DNA of 33,599 bases from Intoshia linei (taxonomy: Eukaryota; Animalia; Orthonectida), in the NCBI GenBank assembly GCA_001642005.1, contig LWCA01000288.1, positions 1-33,599 of the forward strand, given 5' to 3'. Numbering within the stretch: position 1 is the first letter of the stretch; every line of letters begins with the position of its first letter. This document shows positions 19,701-31,800 of the stretch, one piece after another. Position numbers and translations under genes: made by a program. Below the pieces are notes generated by a model. That model had not been told where the DNA came from. It made no database searches and worked only from the letters and a program-made list of their open reading frames with translations.

Positions 19701-22700
19701 TATACTCTCAATGAATCTCCCACCGTTTCGAGAAGACAACACCCATGAATAACTAAATTATCTTAAAATATGGCAAGAGTTGACAGCGAGTGTCCCTGAC
19801 AACCTAAGACTCTTGAAAATTTGTATGGTTTTACCAATAGGATTGACTAAAGAGTTTAAGATCACACCCACAACGACGCTGGATGATTTCGTCACATATT
19901 TAGAGACGACTCTATCCCAAGAAACCCCCTATGAAGACGTCTTACAACAATTGTCAAATTTAAAATGGGATCCTAATACCCCCAGGCTGATAGCCACCAT
20001 CAAGGTGTAGGGTTAAATTAAATATTCTTAAATAATAAACTCTTTTACATTTGTTTTACTATTTTTAGACAATTCCTTCAGTAATAACAGTTTACATTCA
20101 TTAACTAACTTCTTGGTAATCATGTTTTCTAACTATACAATTAATACTTAATATGTATTTAAATTGCGCTTTAGCTACTGACATAAAACATAATAGAATA
20201 TTATATATATATTTTGTGGAAGAGATTTATAATTATTATTTTAATTTAGAATCAATTCAATTATCTGATTCTTAGCAAGAATTCAGACTTCATTTTGTCA
20301 AATAAATGTTTATACATTCTTCGTATTACAAGGAGACCCACCCAACAATGTTTACAAGAATAAGTGTTTTCACTGTGGTAAATTTGTACATTAGGGGTGT
20401 TCCATTTATTTATTGTACATTTGATCGTCATGTTTGGTTGTTCACTTTGCACCTTTAAATTTAATTCTACCTCGTTTACTTATTATTTTATAGATGTTTA
20501 AAGTTCTTATCATTTTTCATTGATAAAAATTTTCACTAAAAACAAAAATAAATGAGGGAGAATTGAATTTAAAGATGAAAAGTGAATAACCAAACATGAC
20601 GAACAACACCAGACTACTCAAAACATAAATAAAGGATCTCATCATAACATTCCAGTAAATAAAATTATATTTTAGTTTTTGTACATTTTTGTACGAAATT
20701 TTTAAAATGGCAAGCTCTTCCACTAAAAATTTTCAAAAATTTTTCTTCTTTTTACGATTATCATAAAACTATCACACGCAACTTTACCAGTATTTGAACC
20801 ATAAAATTTCGAAAAAAAGTACAGAAAATCACACCCCTATTTTACATATTTCTTATAACTGTAAAAAGAAATGATTTGAGTTGAGTTGTAGGACCTAAAT
20901 GTCAGTAAACTTGGTGACAACCTAAGTCGTTAAAATACTTTACCTATTAGTGATTCAACTTATCGACATGAAAAGTCGTTAATAATACCAGTCACTTGGA
21001 TTGCGTAGCCGCGTTTTGCTGCCCCATGGACGGAGTTGCAGTTGAATCAATGGGACTAACAAAATTGGAGGGTAGCCGCGCCTTGGTGCCCTAGCAATTT
21101 AGTAAGAAAGTTGGAAGGTCTGGTGGGAGGTGTAGTGTTGTACCAGTTTAGTTGTTATGGTTGTAAAATAATTGTAACTGATAGATGTATATAAATTGAC
21201 ATAAATTAACTATATATCCTCATTAACATCAAATTTAATTAATTTACCACATGTGTAATCTTGAATGGGATTGCCAACATTCAAATTATCAGACCATTTA
21301 GATGTAGGTACAAATTTGTCATAATCCTTTATGATTGTTCCGAAAATCCTAATTTAATTTTATAAAATGTAAAGATAAGAGTAAATTCCATCAAAGCACT
21401 CATAGTTAACTGTTAACTGTCCGCACATAGAAATGACATGATTCTGAAATAAATTTGAGAAGAATATACGATGAATTTTGCTAACTAACAATAATAACCT
21501 TCGAAAAAAAATTAGTTCATTAATACGTGCTAATTACGAGTGTTTCATTAATGGAACACCTATTTTTATCGACTCATAACTATTAACTGTGCACTTATTT
21601 TCATGTAATTTTTTTTTTGTCTGATACTACAATTCATCTGGAATTTAATATAAGTTATAAAATCATTAGAGTAAAAAATTAAATTAACTTTAATATTATT
21701 TCAAAACATGAATTTTTTTACATGTTTTTTCCAGTTATATTCAACCGTTAATTGTATATATAATTAATTATGAAAATAAAAATATGTCAATTCCATGAAG
21801 AAGCGGAGAATTTAATTTATCAAATGTCATCTTTATAATAATGAAGCATGATATAATTTAGTCACTATATTGTATTAAATCTAGTGTTCCATTAATGGAA
21901 CACCGGACAGTAAACGGTTAATTAAATACCTGGCTTTAAAACCTGATGTACCACATGCAATAACTGCTAAATCAGGAGACCAACTCACACTAAATATTAA
22001 AATTAATATGCATAATTTCAATTTCAATATATTTCTGTAAAATTGAAACTATCAATGTGATATTTGTGATCAATGTGAACTATAATGTAAATTATCATAA
22101 ACTATATAAATTGTAGTTTGAAAACGAGAATATAAACAGAAATATTGTTACAAGATTAAAATAATGAAAATAATTTCACCATGTAACTGTAGATCTAATT
22201 TTTTTCTTAATCAATTTTGACGTCCACCAATTATTTTTTTCGTCATAATAAGCTATAGCCAACAATCTTGACGCACATCCACATGCAAACTTTTCTCCTA
22301 AATATCAAAACTACATCTTTATAGTCCAAAATATTCAAGTCTACATTTATTTGTATTTATCTGTTTCTTTTATATATCTTAGTTATTTGCTAAATTTTGC
22401 GTGGGTGTATTGATGAATGTTATAATTAACATTGTATCTGCAAAAATTTTAAATACATAAAAATGTACAACCACAATCTATCCACAGATAAATTCGATTT
22501 TTTGAAGTAAATTAATTAACTTATTGATAAAATGAATATATTCGTATATCTCAGTGATGACAAAAGGTGTTTTCGTGTTAAAAACCCACACCTGACATAC
22601 ACAGTTCAAAAATTAAATTTACAATTAAGAATAAATCACATAAAATAAATAGATTCCTGAGTAAACAAGATTTACTTGCGTATGATTGAAATCTACAAGC

Positions 22701-24090
22701 TTTGTTCACCTATATCACGGGTTCTTAACCTGGGGTGCCAAATAATTAGTTACATTTTTAACAAATTTTCATTATATAGGTGAACAATTTAGTTTTTGTT
22801 TTAATTGAAGGGCTGAGTAATAATTACAAAACACACAAGAAAATAATTTTCAAATATAATGTCGAAATTACCAAATCACTGATATATTCTATAGTTAAAC
22901 TGTGTCGATCCATATTTAATTATTTAAAAAGTTAACTACCAAATAAGTAAATAAAAATTCAAAAATATACAGCTGTAATGCACATTGTCAGCTAAAACGT
23001 TTAATAAAACGGGGGATTGTATATTAACATTTAAGTATTGTTTTAAAAAATTGCAGTAAAATTATACAATTTAAATTATACTTGATACGACCAGTACCAT
23101 ATCAAGTTCACCCTGATTCACATTATGTTATCAGATTTAAAACCCTTCAAAATTTAATTACGATTTTGAAGTGCAATTAAAATTCATAAATAGTAAAACC
23201 TTGTCAAAAACAAAACAATCCTGTCATATTACATTCTAACTTTGGAAAACACAAATATTTTATAAATTATGTCGAATTCCTATCTGATTTTAATTTAAAA
23301 GTTGATAACATTGCAGATTAAATACTAACGAAATTTACACATTGTTCAACATCGTTTAATGATTAAAAAATTAATAATATCAGTTGAAAATCCCATTTTT
23401 CATCATATAAATGAAATTTTCCAACACTACATATTAATAAATTAAAAAGGTTAGCTCCTCTCCACGGCCCTGATTACAGAGGCTATTCAAAAATACATAA
23501 AAATCTCGGTAAAATGAATCTGTATCTGGAAATATCTAATCAATAATAGTAATTTTGGAAACTACAATCACAGCCGGAATATTTATATAAATACTACCCG
23601 ACCCGATTAGAATTATTAATTAAGAATTGTAAACTATAGTACCAAAGTCTAGATTATGGTTTTAAAATGACATCAAAAATAACCATTATATGACCACTGA
23701 ACAGAAACTGCTGCTCTGTTTGACCTCATAATCACTAGAGTTTTGGTCCATTTGTTGCTAATCAAGTTCCATACATAAACGTTTCTGTCCTGAAGGTGTA
23801 TATATTTAAATTAAAAAAAAATTACAGCGCCAGCAGTTATAATACGATTTTTGACGGGGCACCAATCAACCGAATTTATTCTTTGTGTATGTGCAATCAA
23901 TTTTTCGGAAAATGTCAATGTACCACGTCCATCATATTTATAAATAAACAATTCATTAGACCTGGGGGACATGGCCAACTCTAAATATAACTAATATAAA
24001 TACTAAAACTAGGATATTACGGGAACAATCCTTGTTCCAAGCATGGCAGGTCATTACATCAGCTTCTTTAAAATCGAATACTTGTGTCAT
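13768..24090 (-). CDS. ARPC1: Actin-related protein 2/3 complex subunit 1 (p41, WD40)
   Basis: 11 exons: 24090-24021, 23980-23826, 23789-23684, 22297-22180, 21989-21930, 21348-21248, 14514-14412, 14373-14298, 14116-14019, 13978-13889, 13855-13768. Motifs [89 protein letters not shown]. Splice phases are consistent. Confidence 0.93.
15372..16555 (+). mobile_element. Ty3/Gypsy LTR-retrotransposon pol remnant (reverse transcriptase; pseudogenised)
   Basis: [29 protein letters not shown], frameshift, then [10 protein letters not shown]...[13 protein letters not shown]...MPFGL...[10 protein letters not shown] (YxDD decayed to YLND)...KKCNF, stop, IKYLGYII...[11 protein letters not shown]...KRKDNPF. 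Truncated at 16555 by a hAT end. Assignment of the upstream ORF 15372-15683 to this element is tentative. Confidence 0.92.
16556..17265 (+). mobile_element. Internally deleted hAT (SPIN/GTF2IRD2-like) element
   Basis: Left end CAGGAATGAGCA plus subterminal hairpin GAGGCCG-CATA-CGGCCTC. Transposase N-terminus [21 protein letters not shown]. Right end AAAAAGGTTGGAAACCGCTG. TSD not convincing. Confidence 0.65.
17275..17559 (+). other. Orphan 94-codon ORF of unknown origin inside ARPC1 intron 6
   Basis: Uninterrupted ORF with protein-like composition, more GC-rich than its flanks. No family recognised. Confidence 0.3.
18390..19322 (+). pseudogene. Candidate endogenous viral element: C-terminal RdRp of a toti-like dsRNA virus (Ghabrivirales; Giardiavirus/PMCV/IMNV-like), fused to an unidentified upstream coding segment
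   Basis: From 18656: DDELIVL (motif C), [16 protein letters not shown] (motif D), RSEFI (motif E), [15 protein letters not shown], then W...[23 protein letters not shown], frameshift near 19058, SNGGYGI. Intronless with two frameshifts. Recognised by motif order and spacing, not by database search. Confidence 0.65.
19690..20010 (+). mobile_element. Retrotransposon Gag-like remnant
   Basis: [29 protein letters not shown]...[13 protein letters not shown]...[14 protein letters not shown]...[12 protein letters not shown] resembles the N-terminal capsid region of Gypsy Gag. One premature TAA. Confidence 0.5.
21535..21912. mobile_element. Tc1/mariner-like MITE with palindromic terminal motifs
   Basis: GTGTTTCATTAATGGAACAC (21540-21559) and the perfect palindrome GTGTTCCATTAATGGAACAC (21884-21903) lie near TA-flanked ends. 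Confidence 0.5.
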
Positions 24091-24284
24091 TTTTAGCGGA
24101 CTCTAGCAGTCAACACTATTTGTTTATCAAAACTTTATTAGTAATGTTGTCAATGTGTTGCATCTTAATGTCTACAAATTTATTTTTTCGTTAATCGTTA
24201 AAAAATAATAACATTAATTTGATTAATTGTACGAATATTTCTAATTAATGATGATAAATTGATAATATAGTTCGTTTCAATTTA
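24091..24284. promoter_or_regulatory. Putative bidirectional promoter between ARPC1 and N6AMT1
   Basis: Divergent ATGs at 24090 (-) and 24285 (+) are separated by 194 bp. Confidence 0.6.
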
Positions 24285-25108
24285 ATGAAGTTTAAAACAC
24301 CCAATTATGATTTTTTAAGAAAAAGTAGTTATACATCCGTGTACCCCCCTAGCGAAGACACATTCATTCTTATGGACGCTTTGGAAGATGAATATGATTT
24401 TTTGAAAAAATTAAAGTCCGATTGATCGAAATTGAAAATAAGTAATTTTAGACCAACAATAGCGATTGAAGTATTTACGGGTAGTGGAGTTTTGTCTACA
24501 TTTTTGTCCAAACTGATTGAAAGTTGTTTCATAATGTACCAAATATTTGTAATGTTAATTTAAAATTTAGAAGTACAGATATTAACAATATGGCATGTTC
24601 AGCTGCCGCTGAATGCTGCCGTGTCAATAATATTAATAATTGTGATGTGATTAACACAAATTTGGTAAATGTTTGTTTTAAAATTTGAATTTTTTGATAG
24701 ACTACTGGATTAGAAAAACTACAAGGTCAAGTGGACGTGATTATTGCAAACCCTCCTTATGTTCCTTGTTTAGAAGATGAGGTTTTATATTGATAATATT
24801 GACAGTTATTGGTAGCAAACAAAAGGTGGAATTTATTTGTCTTGGACAGGTGGTAATGATGGATGCAGCGTAATAAATAATTTTTTTGAAAACGTTTCGA
24901 CATTACTTTCGACAAAAGGAGTTTTGTATGCAGTTTTGATTAAAGACAATGACATTGGTAATGTTTCAATAAAATAAATACATTTTGAATAGAAAAAATT
25001 AGAACCGATATTTTTCAAAAATATAAATTAAAAAGCAAAATTATCAAGTATCGACCGACCGGAGAAAAATTGTACGTATTAAAAGTCGAATCGATTTATA
25101 AAGTTTAA
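24285..25108 (+). CDS. N6AMT1: HemK2/N6AMT1 methyltransferase (eRF1 glutamine MTase)
   Basis: Six exons with introns of about 35 nt (first is 24416-24451). MKFKTPNY...VYPPSEDTFILMDALE...IEVFTGSG...STDIN...VDVIIANPPYVP...SWTGGNDG...LLSTKGVLY...GEKLYVLK; TAA at 25106-25108. Confidence 0.93.
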
Positions 25109-25116
25109 TTAAAAAG

Positions 25117-25666
25117 TTAAATAACTAATTTTGTAAATACATCTCGGCAAGTCTAAATGCTGAATAAATTTTAAATTTTATGAATATTACATCAATAACT
25201 GTAGTTGTATTTCCCTTGGGTGGAAGCTGATTAACGATGGCGTCTAGTAAAATATTAATACATTTATAAAAACAACTTACAGCTTTTTCCTTTGACGACA
25301 AGTATCTTGTCTCGGCTTTCTTCGTCTCCACCCATTTGAATGTACATGGAAACATCATCTTCGACTTTTTTAACAAACATAAATTTAACATTGTTGACTC
25401 GTATGCCACTTGGAAATGCGTCTTTCACAAATGCTTGAGATAATGATTTCAGTTGGTCGGCGTCGATAACCAATCCCTAATAAAGCAATGAATACACATG
25501 TAACGTTCATTACATAATTAGGATTCCAAACAGAGGTAAAGTTGGTGTCCACCAATGAAACGGCTTTGCAGTGACTTGCACAGGTATCCAATACAAATTT
25601 TGCCCATTGACTCCACTACACATTTTTATTAAAATAATTTTATGGAATAAATACGTTATCTGACAT
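25117..25666 (-). CDS. Divergent profilin
   Basis: Five exons give MSDN|WSQWAKFVLDTCASHCKAVSLVDTNFTSVWNPNY|GLVIDADQLKSLSQAF...SGIRVNNVKFMFVKKVEDD...KGKS|YAIVNQLPPKGNTTTVID|TCRDVFTKLVI*. About 130 aa, with the N-terminal W-x-x-W, SGI...KF.F and AIV...P.G pattern of invertebrate profilins. The last intron (25190-25153) is inferred. Confidence 0.75.
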
Positions 25667-25807
25667 TTTGAATTGATTTATAAATTACAACTATAAATTT
25701 GTGTGCTAAATGTAAAATGAATTTATACGTGGCCCAAATATTGACATTTCTTTATTTATACTATTTTTATCCATCTCGTAACATAAATATTTAATATATA
25801 CACCAAA

Positions 25808-28800
25808 TCAACATCTTTCAAATATTTTGTAGAAATCGTGATTACTTCCAATTTTTTTCATACATCTGTCATTTACATAGGCGCCAATTTTTGCTAATCT
25901 AAATTTGCTTTTCCTTGCTTGCTTAAGTAGACTGTGTTCGACTATTTTTCGCTCCATTTTCTATAAATATTATAAAAAAAATTTTTGATTTTTAACCTCA
26001 TTATTATGTTTTGATATGTCTTTGGAATAAAATGAAACCAATTCCTTTATAATAGTATCAATGCAATCTTTTTCAATTTCCCAGTTTACCTATTGTATAT
26101 CATTTGTAAATCTCCAAGTTACCTGGCATGCTAATGCTAATAGAAAAATTGGCAAATAAATTAGTTTTGGTACTAAACCAGGAATCAAATTTGGCAATGT
26201 TTGTATGAATTTATCCTAAATTAGGTTTATTTGTTTTGTCAAATATAATTGGTGTTTTTTGTTTTAAATTAATATAATTAAAAGTATAATAGATTTCTCT
26301 TATATATTTGTTTTCGTCAATTATTGGTGGTTTAAAAGTACCATAACAAGGTCACGTCAAACGTCTATACCAAAGGTGGGAAAAGTGTGGCCTTATTGAC
26401 GATTTGGTGCTGGCTTCTGAACAATTTTTCATTCAAAATTATTTTATTAATTATATTATTTCTATAATATTAATATTTATTGGGTAAAATAAAATTTTTG
26501 ATCTAAACGTTTGGTAAAAGGGGAATTTTTCTCATAAGATTTTGTTAAATTGTATAAAATATGACAAAAATTTATCATTCACCTCAATGATCTAAAATTT
26601 TTATATTCCCCCTAATAAAATTATTCACCCATTGACGTGACCAGTCAACCCATAAAAAGCACTGCGGTATTTGATTAAATTTTATTTGAAAGGTGCGCCT
26701 TTCGAACAGTAAATGCTTCCCCACCTCTGGTATATAGTAAAATGTTTTAACTCAGGTTTCTTAACCTTTTTTAAATTTAGTTTTTGAGCCAGATTAATTA
26801 TTTTCAACACCCCTATAAAAAAGATACCTAAAAAAAATTGAACGTAAAAATAGTATTTTATTAACATTTTTATAAACCAACCTATTAATATCGAACATAA
26901 TCAATTACAACATCAATGAACATAGTAAATGAAATGGTAAAATGAACATAGAAGCTGTAATTGATCTCATCTTCACTTAACCAGTGACACCAAACAGATT
27001 AAATTAAAAATAATATTTATTAGTGAGTGGTCCTAAACTGAGACACCGCCGAGAAGGGGTTTGTTGACAGGTTAAAATATAATAGCTTAATAACTAACGA
27101 TGTCCATTTTCTACAGCAGTGGTTCTCAAGGGGGTCCATGTGGACCCCTTAGTGGTCCACAAGAAAAATTTGGGGTCCACAGATAAATTTTGGGGCAACA
27201 AAAAAAATCCATCACTAGAGTATTTTCCAAAACTACGTGACAATTTTAAATCGATTAAAATGAACAATATCTTCAATAATGAAGTTATCAAGAAGGATAA
27301 AGGTTTAACAGCTTCTTATGAAATTTCAAAAATTATAGCAAAAGCTTGTAAACCTCACACATTGGGAGAAACTGTAATTTTGCCAGCTATTTCGACTTTA
27401 AGTAATAAAAATCCAACTGAATTTACTCATCAAATCCCTCTGAGTTACTCATCAGTGTATAGACCAGAGATGTCAATTATGCGTGAAAACTATGGTCAAA
27501 AATTTTATAAAACAATACAAGCATCGATTTATAAGGTAGCGTACGACTAAGATTTTTTTATAATAAGGGGTCCACGAATACTATAGAATAACTGAAAGGT
27601 CCATGTACTGAAAAAAGTTGAGAACCACTGCTCTAGAGCGACATAATCATTGATTTTACTAATTTATGATATTATTGATTTTTCATATTCTGAAGGGCAC
27701 TCGTCTTTAACCTTCTCGTAGTTATTTACAAATTAAAAAATCTAATACCAAATAGAACCTTTATGTCATTTATAAATTATAATTATATTAAATTATAGAC
27801 TAAAGTTTTTCAAAAAAAAATTTACGGGTAATAGTCAGGGATGGACTGAATTCATCAAAATAATCAAAAATGTAACCAATTATAATTGTTTATCCAAAAA
27901 TTATTTTTCAGTAAATGGGTTTTATGAAACATGAAAAATAGCAAGACATTGAAAGTTTAATAGTAAGGTTGCAATTTTATCGATAAATATCATACAAAAT
28001 ATTATCAAAAATTAATAAACTAATTTGATCAAACAGTAGACACAAGTTTTATTTACAACTTCTCAACAAAGTTCTTAGTTAACTAAAGTGTCTCAAATAC
28101 GATCACAGAAAATTTTCACGTCTTTTTTTAATTATTTTAGCTAAAAATGTATCTGTATGTTACCATTTCTTTTAGAAAATAATAGGCGTTGAGTTTTGAG
28201 AATACCAATTTTAATACAGGTTATCGAGGGTGAGGTTTTATCACAAAGTTGATTTTCAAAAATTGAGTCTTTCAAGGTCAAAACCCTAACCACTAACCCT
28301 AATTTTTTAAAAAATTAAAAAAGTCCTAGAATTTAATAAAACAAATTGTGGAGAATTATGGTAAAAACGACAACATTTATAGTGACATACTTATCATAAG
28401 TAATCATAACAGGAGCGGATTGAAAAGGCTAGTTAATGGGGTGCGAGCGAAGCGAGCAATATATTTAACTTTGTCGAAGTCAAAATTTTTTTTAGGGGCG
28501 TCTCTTTTAATTTCATTTAAAGGTTGTTATACAATAGTTAATATAAAAATACAATTGTATTGATATGGCACAAGTAAAACAATGAGATAAAATTTACGGA
28601 ATGAGTGTATTATAAAAGATCTGCAACTTGTAATGTAAAAATATACTTCGTAACTAAACTAAATATACTATATACCAGTTTTTTTCGACCAGGGGGTCGT
28701 GAAACTTTGAAAATTTAATGAATACATTTATTTAACATTATTTAATATATTATTGACAGTAATAATGTTATAGAAATATTTTTACATTCTAAAAATTTTT

Positions 28801-31800
28801 GGGTCGCGAACATTTTTTTATGTTTACAAACAGGTCGCGAATATAAAAAGGTTGAAAACCACTGCTATATACTGTATACTAAATTGAATTGGATAAAAAA
28901 ATATTCTCTGGTGTGAACACTGTGTGATCTGATTAATATTACTATGATAAGTAAGTAATTATAAATGTGTGCCGTTTTTGTATATTACCATTGTGGAACA
29001 GGTTTTCAAACAATACACAATATCATCAATCGCAAACCGATTACCCCAGATTACCATTTATTTAAAAAATGAAAATAGTCATTATTTCCAATCCCAAACA
29101 GCTACAATTAAATTTCAGTAATTTAAGGGAAAAAAGAAAAAAATTAACCAACCTTGGTTATAGTGATTGAAAAGTAATCTGCTAGTAAACTTTGATGTGC
29201 AATTAAAATTTTAGCTCCATTAACGGCTAGTTCTGATTTATCTCCGTCTTCATTATTCCAATCACATTCATTAGAATCCAAGGCCAATCGAATTAATTTT
29301 TCAATGTCGAAATTCTTCTAAAAACTTTTATAAAAACAATCAAAAATATGCTGAAGGTCAATAGCTGAGTATTCGACCTAGTGCGATAAAATACATTGTA
29401 GTAGGCCATTTTTAAATGCGCCCAAACTTATTATAAAAATTTATTTTAAGGTAAGACCTTGACACGGATATGTCTATACTATCGAAAACTTTGATATTAT
29501 AATAGTAATTGATTTGAATTTACAAACGACTAATATCGTTGCAAGACAATTATTGTCTAATTTCCTCAATTCTTGAAAAATGTGATGCCAGGAACCATAG
29601 AAATTTATAAAAATTACATTCTTTAGTCAATTTTTTGATCGCTAAAACGTATCTGAAACGGTGCTACTGTACCTTAAAATTTAAGGCTTATATTGTACAA
29701 AAAACCCCAACTTTTATAATTATTGACCAATTAATTAGTTATTATAATAAACCTGTAATTTAATAAATTTAAATGTTGCAAAATGAAAAATGCAGACTTG
29801 ATACAAAACTTCTTGACTAAAAAATTTATAATGACATTATTCAAAACGATACCATATGTAATTAATATCCATTGAAATTAAATCGGTATTGTGTTGAATT
29901 AATAAATGATTTTGACTCAAAAGTCCAATGTAAATGTGCTCTTTAAGAATTTTGGTTGTAACTAAAATTGTGTACATTAAAAGCATAAAAATAAAAATAC
30001 ATGGGTCCACATTATCGAGAAAATTATTCTTCATTTCTTTGACAGAATTTAAATTTAATTCGTTATCGTTAATTTCTTTATCAATATTATTAGTGAAATA
30101 TGGATTTACTATAATAATGAAATACTAAAATACTAAAAAATAAACATACAATCTTTTTTAAAACTCAAATTTTCAATTTTCTGGTCGCGAAAATCTGATC
30201 TAACTTTATCGTATTGATATGTGGATGGTATGTCTCGGGTGAAACTTTTTTTTGAAACATTCTAGTTACATTGCTTGTAAGGCTTTTCATTTAAATTTTA
30301 AATAATTACCATAAAGCTATCATCGTTTACGGCAATTTGATTGGAATTGTTGATCATTTCTTTGATTTTTTCACTAATTTTGTAAAAAATATCTTCTTGG
30401 TTTAAAAAAATAACATCCGATTTAGCTGGATGAACGTTGACGTCCACATGACTAGGGTCCAAATGTAATCTAAACAGATAAATTTCAAAATAACTAAAAT
30501 ACTGAAAGTGTATAAATACATACAATTTTACTGTACAATGTACATTATTATTACATAAAACATACGAAAGATATATTAAGAATCCTGAATTTTTTAATGT
30601 AGACAGTTCGTAAACTTTTTTGATAATTCTTTTCAAACGAGCACATTCAACCAATCGCGAATTGATAAATATGATAAATTCATGAAATCTCACTTTTTGA
30701 ACTGAAACGTATCCATTTAATTTAAAATTTTCATCCTCAATTTCGCAAAAATATAATGACCTTTTAAATTTGAAAAAAATTAAAAATTAAAAAATTACTT
30801 TTCTGATGTAATTCCATAAATATGGCAAATATTATCCAAGCAAGATGAATTTAATTTTGTGTTTAATAGATTGTTTGATTTATCCAACTACAATGTAATA
30901 AACATTATTCATGTAGAATTCATTTATTACAAATGAAAAACATTTTATAATATTATACATTTTTTAAATTGAAAGCAATATTTGAATTTTCTATAGCATA
31001 TCTAAAAATAAAACATAATTTAAACTCAAAAGATATCAAAATTTAGCTTTTTAATTTTATACCTATAAACAACTTGGCATATGTTTGTAACTTCTATATT
31101 TTCTCTTTTAGACAAAGCTTTGTGTCTAACTGACATGTTTTTAAACAATCCCTCAATCTAAAAAATTATATTTAAAAAGTACACATCTCTAATAATACTG
31201 TTATTGTGGTTCCCAAATTTGCAGCACACGGCATTGGCTTTGACAGTAGTTTTCCATTGTGATACTGACAACTAAATACATGTATACCTTATCAAACACT
31301 TCGGAGTCCGAAGTTCGAACCCATTTAATAGAAATTATCTCAAAAAGTATCTTTAGTCAAAAAACAATATTGTCATTTTCACAAATGTGTTTGGTTTCAA
31401 TGTCACAATATTTAATATCTTATAATTATAACACTATAATGTACCTCAGTTCAAATATGTTTGAGAAACACTGCACCATTGGATTACTTAATAAATAGTT
31501 ATAAACCATTTTTTCAGTTTACAATGGACACTCCCATTGGCTTAATTATTTAAAATATGGTATTCAGTCCAAATCACACTGAAAAGACCGGGTGTAAACA
31601 TATGATAAAAATTACGTGTAACCAACGTCTTTGTCAGTTTTGCATTTAGTTTTTATTTTTAGAGTCGACGCTATCAAGCTTATACTAGCTAAAGCTTCAC
31701 CTCGAAACCCATAAGTTGTTATTTTATCCAAATCGGAAAATTTTTCCAATTTACTTGTTGCAAATCTTTCACAAACAAGACTCAAATCATCTTTCTAATT

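Noticed and set aside
20261-20723. Two minus-strand ORFs, one resembling a signal peptide, suggesting a nested gene
   Set aside because: No splice combination I tried joined them without stops, and no family motif was recognised.
29446-29677. TTAA-GGTA...TACC-TTAA bounded segment (Kolobok-like MITE)
   Set aside because: The inverted match is only about 4 bp beyond TTAA, too weak in AT-rich DNA.
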